This document shows, piece by piece, positions 50,686-63,747 of a stretch of 64,000 nucleotides of DNA. Each line of letters begins with the position of its first letter. Position 1 is the stretch's first letter. Both the position numbers and the translations under genes were made by a program. The DNA comes from Octopus sinensis (lineage: Eukaryota). The stretch spans positions 27,714,001-27,778,000 of the forward strand of contig NC_043004.1 of assembly GCF_006345805.1 (NCBI RefSeq). Direction: 5' to 3'. The notes beneath the pieces are model-generated. The model saw nothing but the letters and a program-made list of their open reading frames with translations. It was not told the DNA's origin and ran no database searches.

Positions 50686-53600
50686 TCTTTAGACAGTAGT
50701 ACCTTGCATTGTAGAGAGTAGTATCTCTGAGATAGTACATCTCTCATAGTTAAATGTTTTTATCAAATGTATAGCATGCATAACTAGTTAATGAAAGGTC
50801 CTTTGATATCTGAATTACTCAACCTCCTGCTGCTTTTGAACTCAGAACACTAAAAGACACAACTAAATATCATAAGAAATCAATTAGTTCTCCAATTCTG
50901 TCAATCCAGCAAACAAATTGCTGTAGTTTTGCCAATTACCATTGTTTCAAATTACCTTAGAGGATGCAGTCTTTAAACTTAGTTAGGTAAACTGCAAATT
51001 GTTATTTATTTGAAAGGGTTGACATCAAAGAACTTGTTTCTGTGGAATATATTCTCTGAAACAGTCCTTTCAGAAGTACTAAAACACAATACAACGGCTG
51101 TAGAGACTATGTAGTGTATAAAATAATGTCTTGTACTACTGTTAATGTACATAAGTCAGCCTGTCTGACAAATGGGTTTCATATTTAATATGATAGGCTG
51201 AGAGTACCTGATAGAATGTTCTGTAGAGTGTGGTTGCACTGAGATTATCCATGCAATTTACAGATTAAAACTCCATCAAAAGATCTGATCACCTTATTGA
51301 ATTTTTGTTTCTTAAACTAGCTGCCTTTAAGTATGAAATTCATTTCCCATCACCTCTTGTCTTTATCTTCCAAAAATTTCAATCATCCGTGTTTGAGTTA
51401 TCACCCCTGCTTGGTGTGTTTAAATTTAAAATACTCTGAGTGGGTTTTTATTGGCCAGTTGCATTGAAATAATTAACAGACTGAAGTTTTTCCAATTCAT
51501 TCTATTAAACTGGTGAAAATCTATTGCACTAAATTTCACTTAGAGTTACTAATTGTGTGAGGGACATTAACCATTATAAACAATTGTTCTAATAATTTTC
51601 AAACCACTCTCCTCGGCCACCACTGTCACCATCTTCCATCATAAGTGGATATTAACAGTATTTCTCTCTAACTTTTACTGTTACATTCTCTTCCTATAAG
51701 TAATTATTACATATTCCTGTTAAGTCTTTAAATCAATGAACTCTTGAGACATATATGAAATGTTCATTAAAGTCTCATTCTGTCTTTCTCTATCTTTCCA
51801 TTCACTATTCCCCAGTCTGTCTATGATACAAATTAATGCTGAACATAACAAATGTCTAACGGCTTTCTCTATTGTGAATCATCTATCTTATCCTCTTTAA
51901 TTTCATTGATTACATCCCCTAATATGTTGCAGTACATTCAACGTATTTCTTGATTGTTATTGTTCATATTGTCCCCCAGCGTATCCTATCTCCAGTGCAG
52001 CTGCTATCAGTGCCTTATACAAAAAACATGCATTACTCAAAGATCAATTCTTTTAATACCATCCTGTGTCCCATCTCCTATATTTCCATACATTACTTGA
52101 TACAGTATACTGTATGGTCCCTAGAACAGAGTGAAGTACCTTACTGGCTGCTGGCAGACATGTGATTGGTCAGTTTTGGGCCATAGATATGTTTGGACAC
52201 AAAAGTTGAGGTCACTTGCTGTAAACAACTGCTGTTCACATACTTATGGCCATTGTTGTAATCACTTTTGTTCTTATCATCATTTGATGTCATGGTTATC
52301 ATCATAGTCATTACATTAGTTATGTAATTTATTTTTAATACTAACACAAATTTAGCAGTGGCTGTAGTTAGTCAATTGAATTGACATCACTACTTAACTA
52401 GCACGTTATTTTATCAACACCAGATCTTAGATAAATGAAAGATATGGCAGACTTACCCACTGTTTTTATACTATGATAGCGAACCAACTGAGTACTCTGG
52501 GATTCAGTGCTTGTGTCTCATTTGAGATCTCTCAGCTACTGAATATTTCCTTCTCATTATGAAGGAACTGATGAATACTTCTGAATCACTTCCACACATT
52601 ACATTTACTTCTTTTGTATATTCAGTTATGAAATTGATGTCTTTATAGGAAAATGTTCCAAAAAATACTTGTATGATTCTTACAGTGGCCTTGCACAAAG
52701 GAGCCTCTTTTTTGTCACTTCTTGATCTCTAGAAATAACATCCAAATTTTCCACATACCATATCTAACTATTTGAACCCCTGGGTATGCTTCAACAGGTG
52801 TAATTTCATTTCAGTATGTCCCTGAGAGGCACAAAAGCAAGTGGTCATATGGTTTTATGTTTACAGCTGAAAATAATTCTGTGTCTACCAATTAGTTGAG
52901 CCATAAAAAACAAAAACATGCAACTAACTGCTTTTCTGTCTGCTCGGGACATAATCAAACAACGTCACACCTGCTAAAGCATATTCACAAGTTCAAAGGA
53001 TTAAAAAAGAAGACATATTATTTAATGCTGACCCAGATTCTGAGGTCATGTCTGGAATGCTTTTGATAGTAAGTCTGCTCAATTAAGGCTGTCCTTGGGC
53101 TAAACAGAGCATATTTTAAGTAAATACTGAAAGTGAGCAGTAGGTGTTGATTAAATGAATTATCACTGTGACAATTTAGAAAAATATATACATACAAGTG
53201 TGTGTGTACAAATACATACCTGTCTGTCTACACACACGCATGCACATTCATAACTACATATATATATATATACAATCCTTCCTTTTATCACTCTAGCTTT
53301 CATGCACCTAAAGCTGGTCTCTCACTCACTCTCTCCTCTTCTCACTCCCACTGTTTTGCACTACCAGTGTCACTAAGGATAGCAGTGGTTCTCTTTGGCT
53401 TACCACACATTGCAAAGAATACCACAGGACTTGTCTGACTCTCTCCTCAACACCCTACAGCTCCCTCACTCCCACTTATCACCCTAATTCTCACCATTTT
53501 TACTATACATTTAAGAGATCTCACCAGACCTGCATGTACCTCATATGCTCCAATTATATGTCCCACTAGCTATATCAACATCCATTGTTCACTCACTATT

Positions 53601-54036
53601 TACCCATCTCTCTCTCTCTCCACTGTACTCTCCGTTGCTGCTGTTACAATAAAATGCAACCTGTACATTCTACTAAGTATGGGCTTATGAAAACCCTTTA
53701 GTCTCATCATGGAAAGCATAGCAACCTCTCTAGTGCTGGTTCCATGGCAAATCCACTTAGTACTGTCTGTCAAGTGGCTGTTAATCAGAAGGATACCCAG
53801 CCTTAGAAACCAAGCAAAAAATTACACTCACAAGCAACATGTGGTCCTCTGACCAATCTAGCCAATCTAGTGAAACAGAAATGACCCATCCAATTCTTGA
53901 TGTTCCACACACACACACACACACGCATGCACACAGGGAATGTCATGCATTTATACAGTTGTAGTGCCATTAGGCCAACAGATAGTATTATTTACAACAT
54001 TAGTTCTGACTGTTCTCTGAGTTTAAATCCTGTTTC

Positions 54037-54071
<35 letters not shown>

Positions 54072-54144
54072 TCTATCATAAGCTGTAGCAGATAGATAGC
54101 ATCAGCAATAGAAGAACCAATCAAATTAGTGATAGGTATCAGTA

Positions 54145-54180
<36 letters not shown>

Positions 54181-54186
<6 letters not shown>

Positions 54187-55198
54187 ATGATGATGATGAT
54201 GATGATATATGAGTGAAAATATTTTATGTGGTTAGATGATTTAGCATCTATTTTTCATCATATTGGCAAAGGGAATTTTTTCTTTTTGCCTTTATTTATA
54301 TCTATATATGTATGTGTATGGATATATAGACAAGCATCGAAGTGCCATGATAGATTAAATATTTTTAGAAACGGAGGAAATCTCTAATTTCCTTCATTTC
54401 TAAATACATATAATCATCATTTACTCTCCACATTTCTGCTTGCATGGGTTAGACAGAAAAGTTGAGGTAAATCTTCTAGAGCCAGATTCTCTTCCTGTAA
54501 CAAAACACTCACCTGTTTTCAAGCGAATTTCTCTTTGGTCGGACATGTTTTCCATGGGAGACTAGAAATGAACAACATTGTATGATAGTGATGCTTCTTT
54601 TACAATCATCACATAATATCAAGACTAGGGCCCACACACATTACATACACACACGTATATATACATACATACATACATCATATATATATATATAATATAT
54701 ATATATATGATGATGATGATGATGATGATATATGAGTGAAAATATTTTATGTGGTTAGATGATTTAGCATCTATTTTTCATCATATTGGCAAAGGGAATT
54801 TTTTCTTTTTGCCTTTATTTATATCTATATATGTATGTGTATGGATATATAGACAAGCATCGAAGTGCCATGATAGATTAAATATTTTTAGAAACGGAGG
54901 AAATCTCTAATTTCCTTCATTTCTAAATACATATAATCATCATTTACTCTCCACATTTCTGCTTGCATGGGTTAGACAGAAAAGTTGAGGTAAATCTTCT
55001 AGAGCCAGATTCTCTTCCTGTAACAAAACACTCACCTGTTTTCAAGCGAATTTCTCTTTGGTCGGACATGTTTTCCATGGGAGACTAGAAATGAACAACA
55101 TTGTATGATAGTGATGCTTCTTTTACAATCATCACATAATATCAAGACTAGGGCCCACACACATTACATACACACACGTATATATACATACATACATA

Positions 55199-55230
<32 letters not shown>
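54181..55230. repeat. Direct tandem duplication, 523-bp core period, bounded by (TA)n/(GAT)n
   Basis: 54211 onward equals 54734 onward; I saw differences only in microsatellite length ((GAT)8 versus (GAT)7). Confidence 0.92.
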
Positions 55231-55242
<12 letters not shown>

Positions 55243-55272
55243 TTTGAGATGGTAATTTTTTTCTTTTTTTTT

Positions 55273-55563
55273 TGCCAAATAAAGACATGCATTATATATT
55301 CGTTCTTCACTCATTTATTATTGTTCTTATTTTATCTTACACTCTTTGTCTGGAAATCTTTCATCACACATCTGTGACCACTTCAGTGGCCTTTTCCATC
55401 CAGAGTGGACTAAGTGGAGCAGGAAGATACATGTGGATGAAAAGGGTTACTGAAGAGGTCACAAATATGTGATGAAAGATTTCCAGACAATGGACATGAG
55501 ATAAAACAAGAACAATAACAAATGAGAGAAAAGCAAATATATAGTGCATGTGTTTATATGGCA
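55273..55563. repeat. Ungapped inverted repeat, 130-bp arms (108/130), 31-nt loop
   Basis: 55273-55402 versus the reverse complement of 55434-55563; also visible as two ORFs on opposite strands sharing MHYIF...LEIFHH. Confidence 0.9.
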
Positions 55564-55654
55564 GTGGGTGGGGTGACCATCCCAAAATATAACAGTATCT
55601 GTTTCAATACATGGTTTCATGTCAGAAGTCTTTCAGCACAAATTCATAAACGTA

Positions 55655-55688
<34 letters not shown>

Positions 55689-57208
55689 TTCAGTAAGTTA
55701 AAAAGCATATAAATCCACAAACAAATGGAAATTAGACACAGAAGGTCATCAAATCCTCATTAGTTATTGGCCAGAGGGTCATACACAATTTCATGCCTTC
55801 AACAATAATATTGTCCCCCCCCCCCACCTGATGGTGCTGACAGCAAGAAGCTGCCAGGAAATGGCAAGCCAACAAACAAGGGACCAAACATGGCAGAAAG
55901 TGAATAAACAAATATGCATTACAGGAAGTAAACATACAGACATGAAATAAATGCTATTGAAGTGGAGACTGTCGTTAGATGGATGAGGGACAAAGATAAG
56001 AACAAATGAGAGACAAAATGTGAACATATGAACAAACTGAAATAAATGAGCAGAATACAGCGTTAGGGCCAGACATGAGACAAAAATGTGGTTAACACCA
56101 GGAGGAGTATCCTAAAGGATGAGAAGCAGTGAAATGGGTTGTGTCATGTGTCAGTAGTAGGCAGGAGAAAAGTGATAGAGGGCACAGAGAGAGAGAGAGA
56201 GCAGAGAAATAAGGGGAAGGCAAATGGCAGGAACAGAAGTGTAGAGAGGTGGAGGGGAGACAGAGAGAGGGTGAAAGGGAAAAAGGATAGGATAGGAATA
56301 TGATGTATAAAAATATAAAAACATTTATTCTAAACAAAATAAGGATCACACATATACACATACAATGGGCTTCTTTCAGTTTCTATATACCGAATCCACT
56401 TTCAATGCTTTGTTGGTCCCAAAGCTATAGTAGGAGACATTTGCCCAAAGTGCCTTGCAGTGGGACTAAACCTAAAACCACATGGCTACGTGTGCATGTG
56501 TGTGTGTGTATGGCCAGTGACTAGAACTGAGTGTATGTGTTAAAAGTGACGTAATTATATGCAAGAACCATATTAAGTAATTAAAAAAACCACAAAGCTG
56601 TTCATTAATTTTTGTTTATTTCGTGATATATCAGTATATTCATTCTATAAATGTGACATAATCAGTGATAGTCTTGCTGCAACTGTTTGAAAGTTAACGA
56701 CAAGTTCTTACACGACTTGGGGTTTATTGCTTTTGTTGATCACATATATCAGTCTGTATAGTAAGACAACAGGGTCACACCTGCCCTTTAGTAGGCGAGG
56801 ATGGGAAGGTGAAGGAGGAGGATGAAATACTGTAACTGAATGAATTAAAACCTAGTTTAAGTGGGGGAAGGAAAGCTGTATATTTGTCATGTATGTAAAC
56901 TGGTGTCATCTGCCTTCAAGAAATAAATGCAAAGTGAATTTAACAGGTTTTTCATCTTTTTAAATTTGCTAATAAAGCCATGCCACAATACAAATGCTGT
57001 ATAATATGCATGTGTTTGTATAATAAAATTTAAATACATCATCATCATTTAAAGTGCACTCTCCATGATGATTTTGGATTGGACAGCTTGACTGGGTCTG
57101 CTGAGTTGAAGGACCTTGTTACACACCAGTGTTTGTTTTGACATGTCAGGGTTTCGCTGACTTACGAAACAATTGTGAAGTTCAAACTTTTGCCTGGAGT
57201 ATCAGCAG

Positions 57209-57240
<32 letters not shown>

Positions 57241-57679
57241 CATACATACACATACGGATATCTGTGTTTGTGTGTGTTTGCATGTGTAAATCACACATAC
57301 ACATATATGTATTATATATGAAACACGTATACTTATAATAAGCAGCAGAAACCTGCTCAGTGTGGTGGTCTTGTGAGTTCATTCAATACTGACAGAATAT
57401 TACTGTCAAATTTAGCTCTGTCAGCAGAGAGAGGCAAACAAACACACATGCTGTGTACACATATACATAACATAAACACACATGCACACACACACACATT
57501 CGGTCTTTAATGTTATACAATAGAAAGAATAATATTTGCCTTCTCGCTTTTGGAAATTGTGTGTTGATTACTTGTATGACACTAGTTGTTTACTTTTGAT
57601 TTTTATGAGGTGCTGGAAATTCTCTAATATTAGATTTGTAACTATTTTGGTGAATTGTATTTCTGTTATCTTCTACTTG

Positions 57680-58000
57680 TTTTGGGCATTAGACTTCGGC
57701 CATGCTGGGGCTTCACCTTTAAGAACTTTCAGTCAAATGAATTGACCCCTGAATTCTTTTGTTAAGCCTGATGCTTTTTCTATCACTCCTTTGCCCAAGC
57801 CCCTAGATTATGGGGACATAAACACACTGGTTGTCAAGCAGTGGTGGAGGACAAACACGCATACTAAGACACACACACACACACATATTTATATATATAT
57901 ATTTATACACATGACAGGCTTCTTTCAGTTTCTGTCTACTAAATCCATTCACAAGGCTTTGGTCGACCTGAGGCTATAATACAAGACACTTGCTTAAATG
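57680..58000 (-). mobile_element. tRNA-derived SINE (6191 family), decayed
   Basis: ggccatgctggggc...ggcttctttcagtttctgtctactaaatccattcacaaggctttggtcgacctgaggctat, the reverse complement of the family; smaller pieces at 23590-23760, 38360-38500 and 56360-56490. Confidence 0.7.
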
Positions 58001-58930
58001 AATGCGGAATCCTGTGGTTGTTACCACATCACCACGCTGCACACATACATTGTGTCACATAAGCAAATTGGGTATTACATAAATATATTAAGCCTTTCAT
58101 CTTCTCGAGGCTCTTATTCTCTATTATACGTGTATTTTCCATCACTCTGATGTAAATCTATTATCTAGGTCAGATATATTACCAAATATGATGAATATTA
58201 TTTTCAGAATTTTCAACATAAACAATGAAACCTGTAAAATATCTCTAAATTCGATGGCTCAATTAGTTTCATGAAAATGTTGTATGAACTGTAAATAAGC
58301 AATAAATATTATGATTTGTAAAATAAGAATAAGCAATACAGGGTGTCCCAACTGAAAGTAGTGTTGAAATTTGGTTTCATTTTTTAAGAATTTTAAGCAT
58401 TCAAAGTATGAGTTCATTGTATTGGGACACACTAATTAAATATGTTCTGGAATCAAAAATTTTAACTGGAAAAATGCAGAATTATCGGAGTTATGGGCAT
58501 TGAAAGTGTACATGCATCAAGAAAGTGCAATAATAAGGTTTAGCAGTTCAAAACTGTGAGTAGCGAAATGCAGAATTAGGTTTGCTGATCATGAGAATTA
58601 AATATTGATCGCTTAATTAAAAACTAACAACTGTAAGTGCAGGTGCTATTAGTTATTTTCCGTGAGTGTTTTAAAAAAAATATTGTGCAGGTGCTATGGG
58701 TTATTTCCCTTGGATGTTTTAAAAAATAAATTAGTTATATGAGGTAGATATAAAGAACCCTTCCAGGGGCCGTATTGTTGATTCTTTTCAACAATCTAAG
58801 TATGTCATGAGGTTTCCAGCCATGAGTTCTACTCACGTGTCAAGTTTCATCAAAACCAATAAAACGATGTGGGTGGGGTTAGCTAACAACGCCGCAAACA
58901 AGCACACACCAATTTTCTACATATGTAGTA

Positions 58931-59926
58931 TGTGCTTGTATGTGTGCACGTAACAATTTCTACAGCTTATCCGAATGAACAGAGAAAGAAGTACACAAAT
59001 TATATTTGACATGCCTGTCATAAACGTTGGTTTTGTTTTTTCACTTTAAAGGTAAACGATTGTGATATAAGTGATTACCTTACTGTCAATTCATTGGATT
59101 AATCCCAACAAAATATTACAAGTTTAGCCACTAGCTCAGCACCTATGTTTGTGTTCTTCACTCCAACATAATAAAAACTTTAACATACTTCCAAAATGGG
59201 ACTTAATCCATGTGTATCCACATGCTTATATGTGCATGTGTGGCTGGTGCACAAGAATAATACTTACAGAAATGGACTTGTGCAATGTTACACCTCTGAA
59301 TTTTTTCTAATTGCGATAATGAATCAAGGAGTTTAGTTGTTACTGCTTAAATTAATTTCCCTTGCATTTGCTCTCTTTTCCAATATTCAATTAAAAGAGA
59401 AAATATGTTGTTACCAACAATGTTAAAACATTAGTAACTTGATCAATCTGTCATTGAATAAGGATTTTAATTTCATTTGCTATACATTTTGCTATCATTT
59501 ATATGGAGATTTGCAAGTGTGGCATATAAAAACAACTTATTTTAATAGAAATTTTATGAGTACATTTCCGTAAATGTTTTTCTTGTGCACTACCCCTCCC
59601 ATGCACACACACACATACACACTTGCACATATACGCATGTGGATACATATAGATTAAGTCCCATTTTGGAAGTATGTTAAAGTTTTTGTTATTTTGGAAT
59701 GAAGAACACAAACATAGGTGCTGAGCTAGTGGCTAAACTTGTATTTTGTTTGGATTTATCCAATGAATTGACAGCGAAATAATTGCTTCTATCAAAATCG
59801 TTTGCCTTTAATGCAAAAAAAAAAACAATCTATACGACAGGTATGTAAAATATATTTTGTGTACTTCTTTCTCTGTTCATTCAGTTAAACTGTAGAAATT
59901 GTTACACGTGCGCACCCACAAGCACA
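58931..59926. mobile_element. About 1-kb foldback element with arms of about 310 bp
   Basis: 58931-59240 matches the reverse complement of about 59615-59926 (e.g. aagtttagccactagctcagcacctatgtttgtgttcttca); spacer about 370 bp. Confidence 0.82.
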
Positions 59927-60249
59927 AAAATTCTCTGGACATTTAGCTGTTATTTTTAGCATATCAAGTTTCGTGGTGAGGGCTTCACATGCCATGGTCC
60001 TTTTGTTCTTTCACTATAAATCTATGCATGCAGAAACAGACAAAGCAGCCGTTCATTTTCACTTTTAGACAGCAGCATGGGGTGTGGATCAATTTTGAAG
60101 TTTTTCATAAAAAATTTGAAATTAAAATTCGTTTCCCCCACCATATTCTTAATCTTCGTATTCTACCATTTAGATTGAAAAAAGATTTCTAAAAAACTTA
60201 AGAAGTAGAAGAGGGGAAGGCTTGGCGTAACCATCGATAGGCATTCACA

Positions 60250-60540
60250 CATAAAAAAAAGGAATGCTCTAGGTCGAGTTTATACAGTCCACCCCAAAAA
60301 CTTTGAATGCTATCCTGATCAGCTGTGTATTAATAATCGAATAATATCTTGAATTTCTTGGGAAATTCTTTTCTATAGCTTCATGAAACTGATGAGGGAG
60401 GTTGGATTTGATCAGCTTACCATATGGAATTATTAACCAAACAGTTTTGCTAGGACATACCTTGCTATTAGGGTAATTATCTTTAAAAGTTCTCGATGTA
60501 CCTTTATGATATAAAAAGGGTCTTAAATAAAATTATCTCC
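60250..60540 (-). mobile_element. Possible Penelope-like RT-to-endonuclease linker fragment
   Basis: Minus-strand VWLIIPYGKLIKSNLPHQFHEAIEKNFPRNSRYYSIINTQLIRIAF resembles the W..PY.K..K.N...F...I.K.FP...Y..I.N pattern I recall from Penelope-like ORFs; not verified by search. Confidence 0.35.
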
Positions 60541-61111
60541 CTTATGCTGCAGATTTACATTACTCGATTTGGTGTTGTTATTCGAAATAAAATATCATTA
60601 ATATCATTATAACTCGATTTCATGTCCTGATTAATAATGCATTTATTGTTGCAAACATTGGCAGAAACATACCTTTAGTCCCTATCAGTGATTTGTACCA
60701 TTCTATAAAATTTGACCTTTGACTTTCTTCTTCCTTTTCACTTCCACTAAATATATCTACTTCCATGCCTTTAAGATTTATTCCTATTCACCTATCACTC
60801 TATATCTCTCCACTATTAGTTTTCTGCGAATTTCTTTCTTTCTACTCCTTCTCTTTCTTTGACATTATATCTACTAATGGTTTTTAAAAATAACTTACTA
60901 GCATTCTCTTCATCATATACCCAGTCATCAAATTCAATTAAAATGTCTTATTGATGTGTTTGGTTTCTTTCTTTCCCTGATGAGAAGATTGCATTATTTT
61001 ACACCATTTTATTCCTTATGGAAAAATACTGTTTTCTTTGAAACATGTCGGAAGTAAAAAGATTTGAATCACAACTGTATTTAAAACCATTTATTTATAT
61101 ATATATGTATG

Positions 61112-61197
<86 letters not shown>

Positions 61198-61232
61198 GTA
61201 AATGTAATATTTGACAATTATTCGGTAGCCAT

Positions 61233-61294
61233 GATAAAACTCTGAGCTTCGGATGCCGAGGTTTGAAATCCACGCCGCCATCTATTCAGTTATC
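61233..61294 (-). ncRNA. Degenerate type I hammerhead-ribozyme-like motif
   Basis: GAUAA-CUGAAUA-GAUG...CAUC-C-GAAG-CUCAGAG-UU-UUAUC: stems I, II and III can form; the core differs from CUGANGA/GAAA at two positions. Confidence 0.5.
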
Positions 61295-61502
61295 CGTCCA
61301 TTGGAAAAAATGCTATGAAAATGACCCCTATATATATATATATATTTGTGTATGTATATGTATATATATTTGTATATGTGTATATATATGTGTGTGTGTA
61401 TATATGTATAAATAGATACGGATATAGATATATATGTATATATATATATATTTGTATGTGTGTATGTATATATGTGTGTATGTATATGTGTGTGTGCATA
61501 CA

Positions 61503-61534
<32 letters not shown>

Positions 61535-61605
61535 AATATTAGGGAGTATATCCAAACTTACAGGGAAAAATTAGATATAGGATTAAATCAAATTTCACAG
61601 TATAA

Positions 61606-62101
61606 ATATAAATTAAATTAGAGATAAAACCACTATTAGGCAACTCAGTGATAGACATAAACCAAAACATAAAAAACACAAAATGAATATAATAAATATA
61701 ATATATAATATATATGAAATTTAAAACTTTAAATTATTAAAATTTAAATTTATAAATTTTTATATTTGTTAATTTTTAAATTTTTAAACGTTTAATTTTT
61801 TTTATATAACTAACTAAAAAGTATAAAAAAGTTAAATATTTAACTTTTTTATACTTTTTGGTTAGTTATATAAAAAAAATTTTAAGTTTAAGAATTTTTT
61901 AATTTAAAAATTTTTTAATTTTAAAATTTAAAGATATAAATTTAAAATTTAAAATCTTAATAATTTAATTTTTAAATTTTATATTTTATATATATTATAT
62001 ATTATATTAATTATATTTATTTTTTGTTTTTATGTTTTGGTTTATGTCTATCACTGTTTGAGTTGCCTAATAGTGGTTTTATCTCTAATTTAATTTATAT
62101 A
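61606..62101. repeat. AT-rich zero-spacer palindrome centred at 61837/61838
   Basis: Inner 42 bp per arm have 1 mismatch and the outer ~65 bp are near-identical (one 4-bp indel); the intervening A/T-dominated parts match poorly. Confidence 0.85.
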
Positions 62102-62149
62102 TATATATATGTATGTATGTATGTATGTATATGTATTTGTATATGGATG

Positions 62150-63400
62150 TTTCCAAAAGAGATTTCTAACATTGATTCTTCATACTTTGCTGGTAGTTTA
62201 CAAGCATAAATTTCTGAAGATATGAAATTAATGCTTGTATATAGTGTGTGGTGAATTTATGGAAAGAAGTCCCATAAAATACATCAATTTATTGAAAAAT
62301 GGGGGAGACAAATTGTTAAATTATATAAGAAGTTTAATTCTTGCCGACAATCATTTCGTACAGAGATATAATAATAATAATAAGGCAAATTCATGATTGA
62401 ATTAGATTAAATTAAATGAATTAAATATATCAATGTAATCTTCAGTGCAGGATGTATAAGCGAAAATACAATGAAAATAGCAGAAAAATTTAATCTAGGA
62501 GATTAATAGTTTTATCCTTGTGAGAAAGAGATGTGAGTTATGTTTGGATATTTGATCATAACTAACGGTTATAATGGTTATCTAACAATATAAGTAAAGA
62601 GGTATCAGAGATGTTCCCTGTATAGATTTGTATGGAAATAAAAAATTCTAACTTCAAATAAGTTGCATAGGGCAAAAATATGTATTAGAAATGTCCAATG
62701 GAAAGACACTTCTAGGTTTGAATTGAAATATGGACTGACTGTTAAAATCATTACATAGTATGATGTATTTTTAAGAAAATTTTCAATACATAAGAATGAA
62801 GTTTATTGTGAGGAGATGGTATATAAAGAGCTAATACTATATAGTTAACATAAACAAATGGTAGGAGAAATAAAGATGTAAAAAGGGTTAAAGATGGAAT
62901 ATGATGTATAAAAGGGACTTATGTTTGCAGAAAAACTAATATTCGTTATTATGTATTAAATATAATGTAGAAAAATATGTAAAGACAGAAAAATAGTTAT
63001 TAATACTACCAATACAATATTACAGGCTTGGTGTGACTATAAAGATGGAAAAAGTGAAATTGAAACAGGGAATAAAGATTGGAATACGAAAAAAAAAAAT
63101 GTGGGGGAGATAAATGAGCTGGGAAGTAGAAGAGTAAATATATATGTAAAAAGTTTATTTTATAGAAGTATTGATGTGTTAAGTTATATACAGTAGATGT
63201 ATTTTGCTATAAATAAAAATTTATTTTAGAGGTAATAATCTAGCTTAGTATTATGTGAGAAGGATATGTAATGGTAGTAGGGTCATAGTGGTATTCAGGT
63301 TATAAGGGTGTGGTGCCAGTTATGAATATGAAAAAAGATACGAGCAGGAGGGTGCACATAAGTGAATAAAAATTTATAGATAATATAGGAGAACAATAAT
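62150..63400 (-). mobile_element. Possible highly decayed Penelope-like RT
   Basis: Only faint minus-strand motifs (PYATYL..LE; PNI...TINLLD) with many stops; + strand strongly C-depleted. Confidence 0.28.
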
Positions 63401-63419
63401 CTAATAGGGAGAAGAGTGT

Positions 63420-63442
63420 ATGTATATGTGTGTGTGTATATA

Positions 63443-63486
<44 letters not shown>

Positions 63487-63706
63487 AATATGTGTATGTA
63501 TGTGTATGTATATATGTATGTGTGTATGTATATATATATATGTGTGTGTGTATTTATGTGTGTATATGTATGTGTATTTATGTGTGTATATGTATGTGTA
63601 TTTATGTGTGTATGTATATGTATGTGTATATATGTGTGTATATGTATGTATATATATGTGTGTGTATGTATATGTGTATATATATGTATGTATTTATGTA
63701 TATGTG

Positions 63707-63743
<37 letters not shown>
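63420..63743. repeat. Compound (TA)n/(TG)n microsatellite with a 24-bp higher-order unit
   Basis: tatttatgtgtgtatatgtatgtg repeated about 2.5 times inside dinucleotide runs; similar tracts at 61096-61200 and 61330-61535. Confidence 0.85.

Positions 63744-63747
<4 letters not shown>

Noticed and set aside
58790-58930. Helitron-like 3' end (aagtttcatcaaaa...caaacaagcacacacc...tagt)
   Set aside because: Only a loose resemblance; no clear terminal hairpin plus CTRR, and no 5' end identified.
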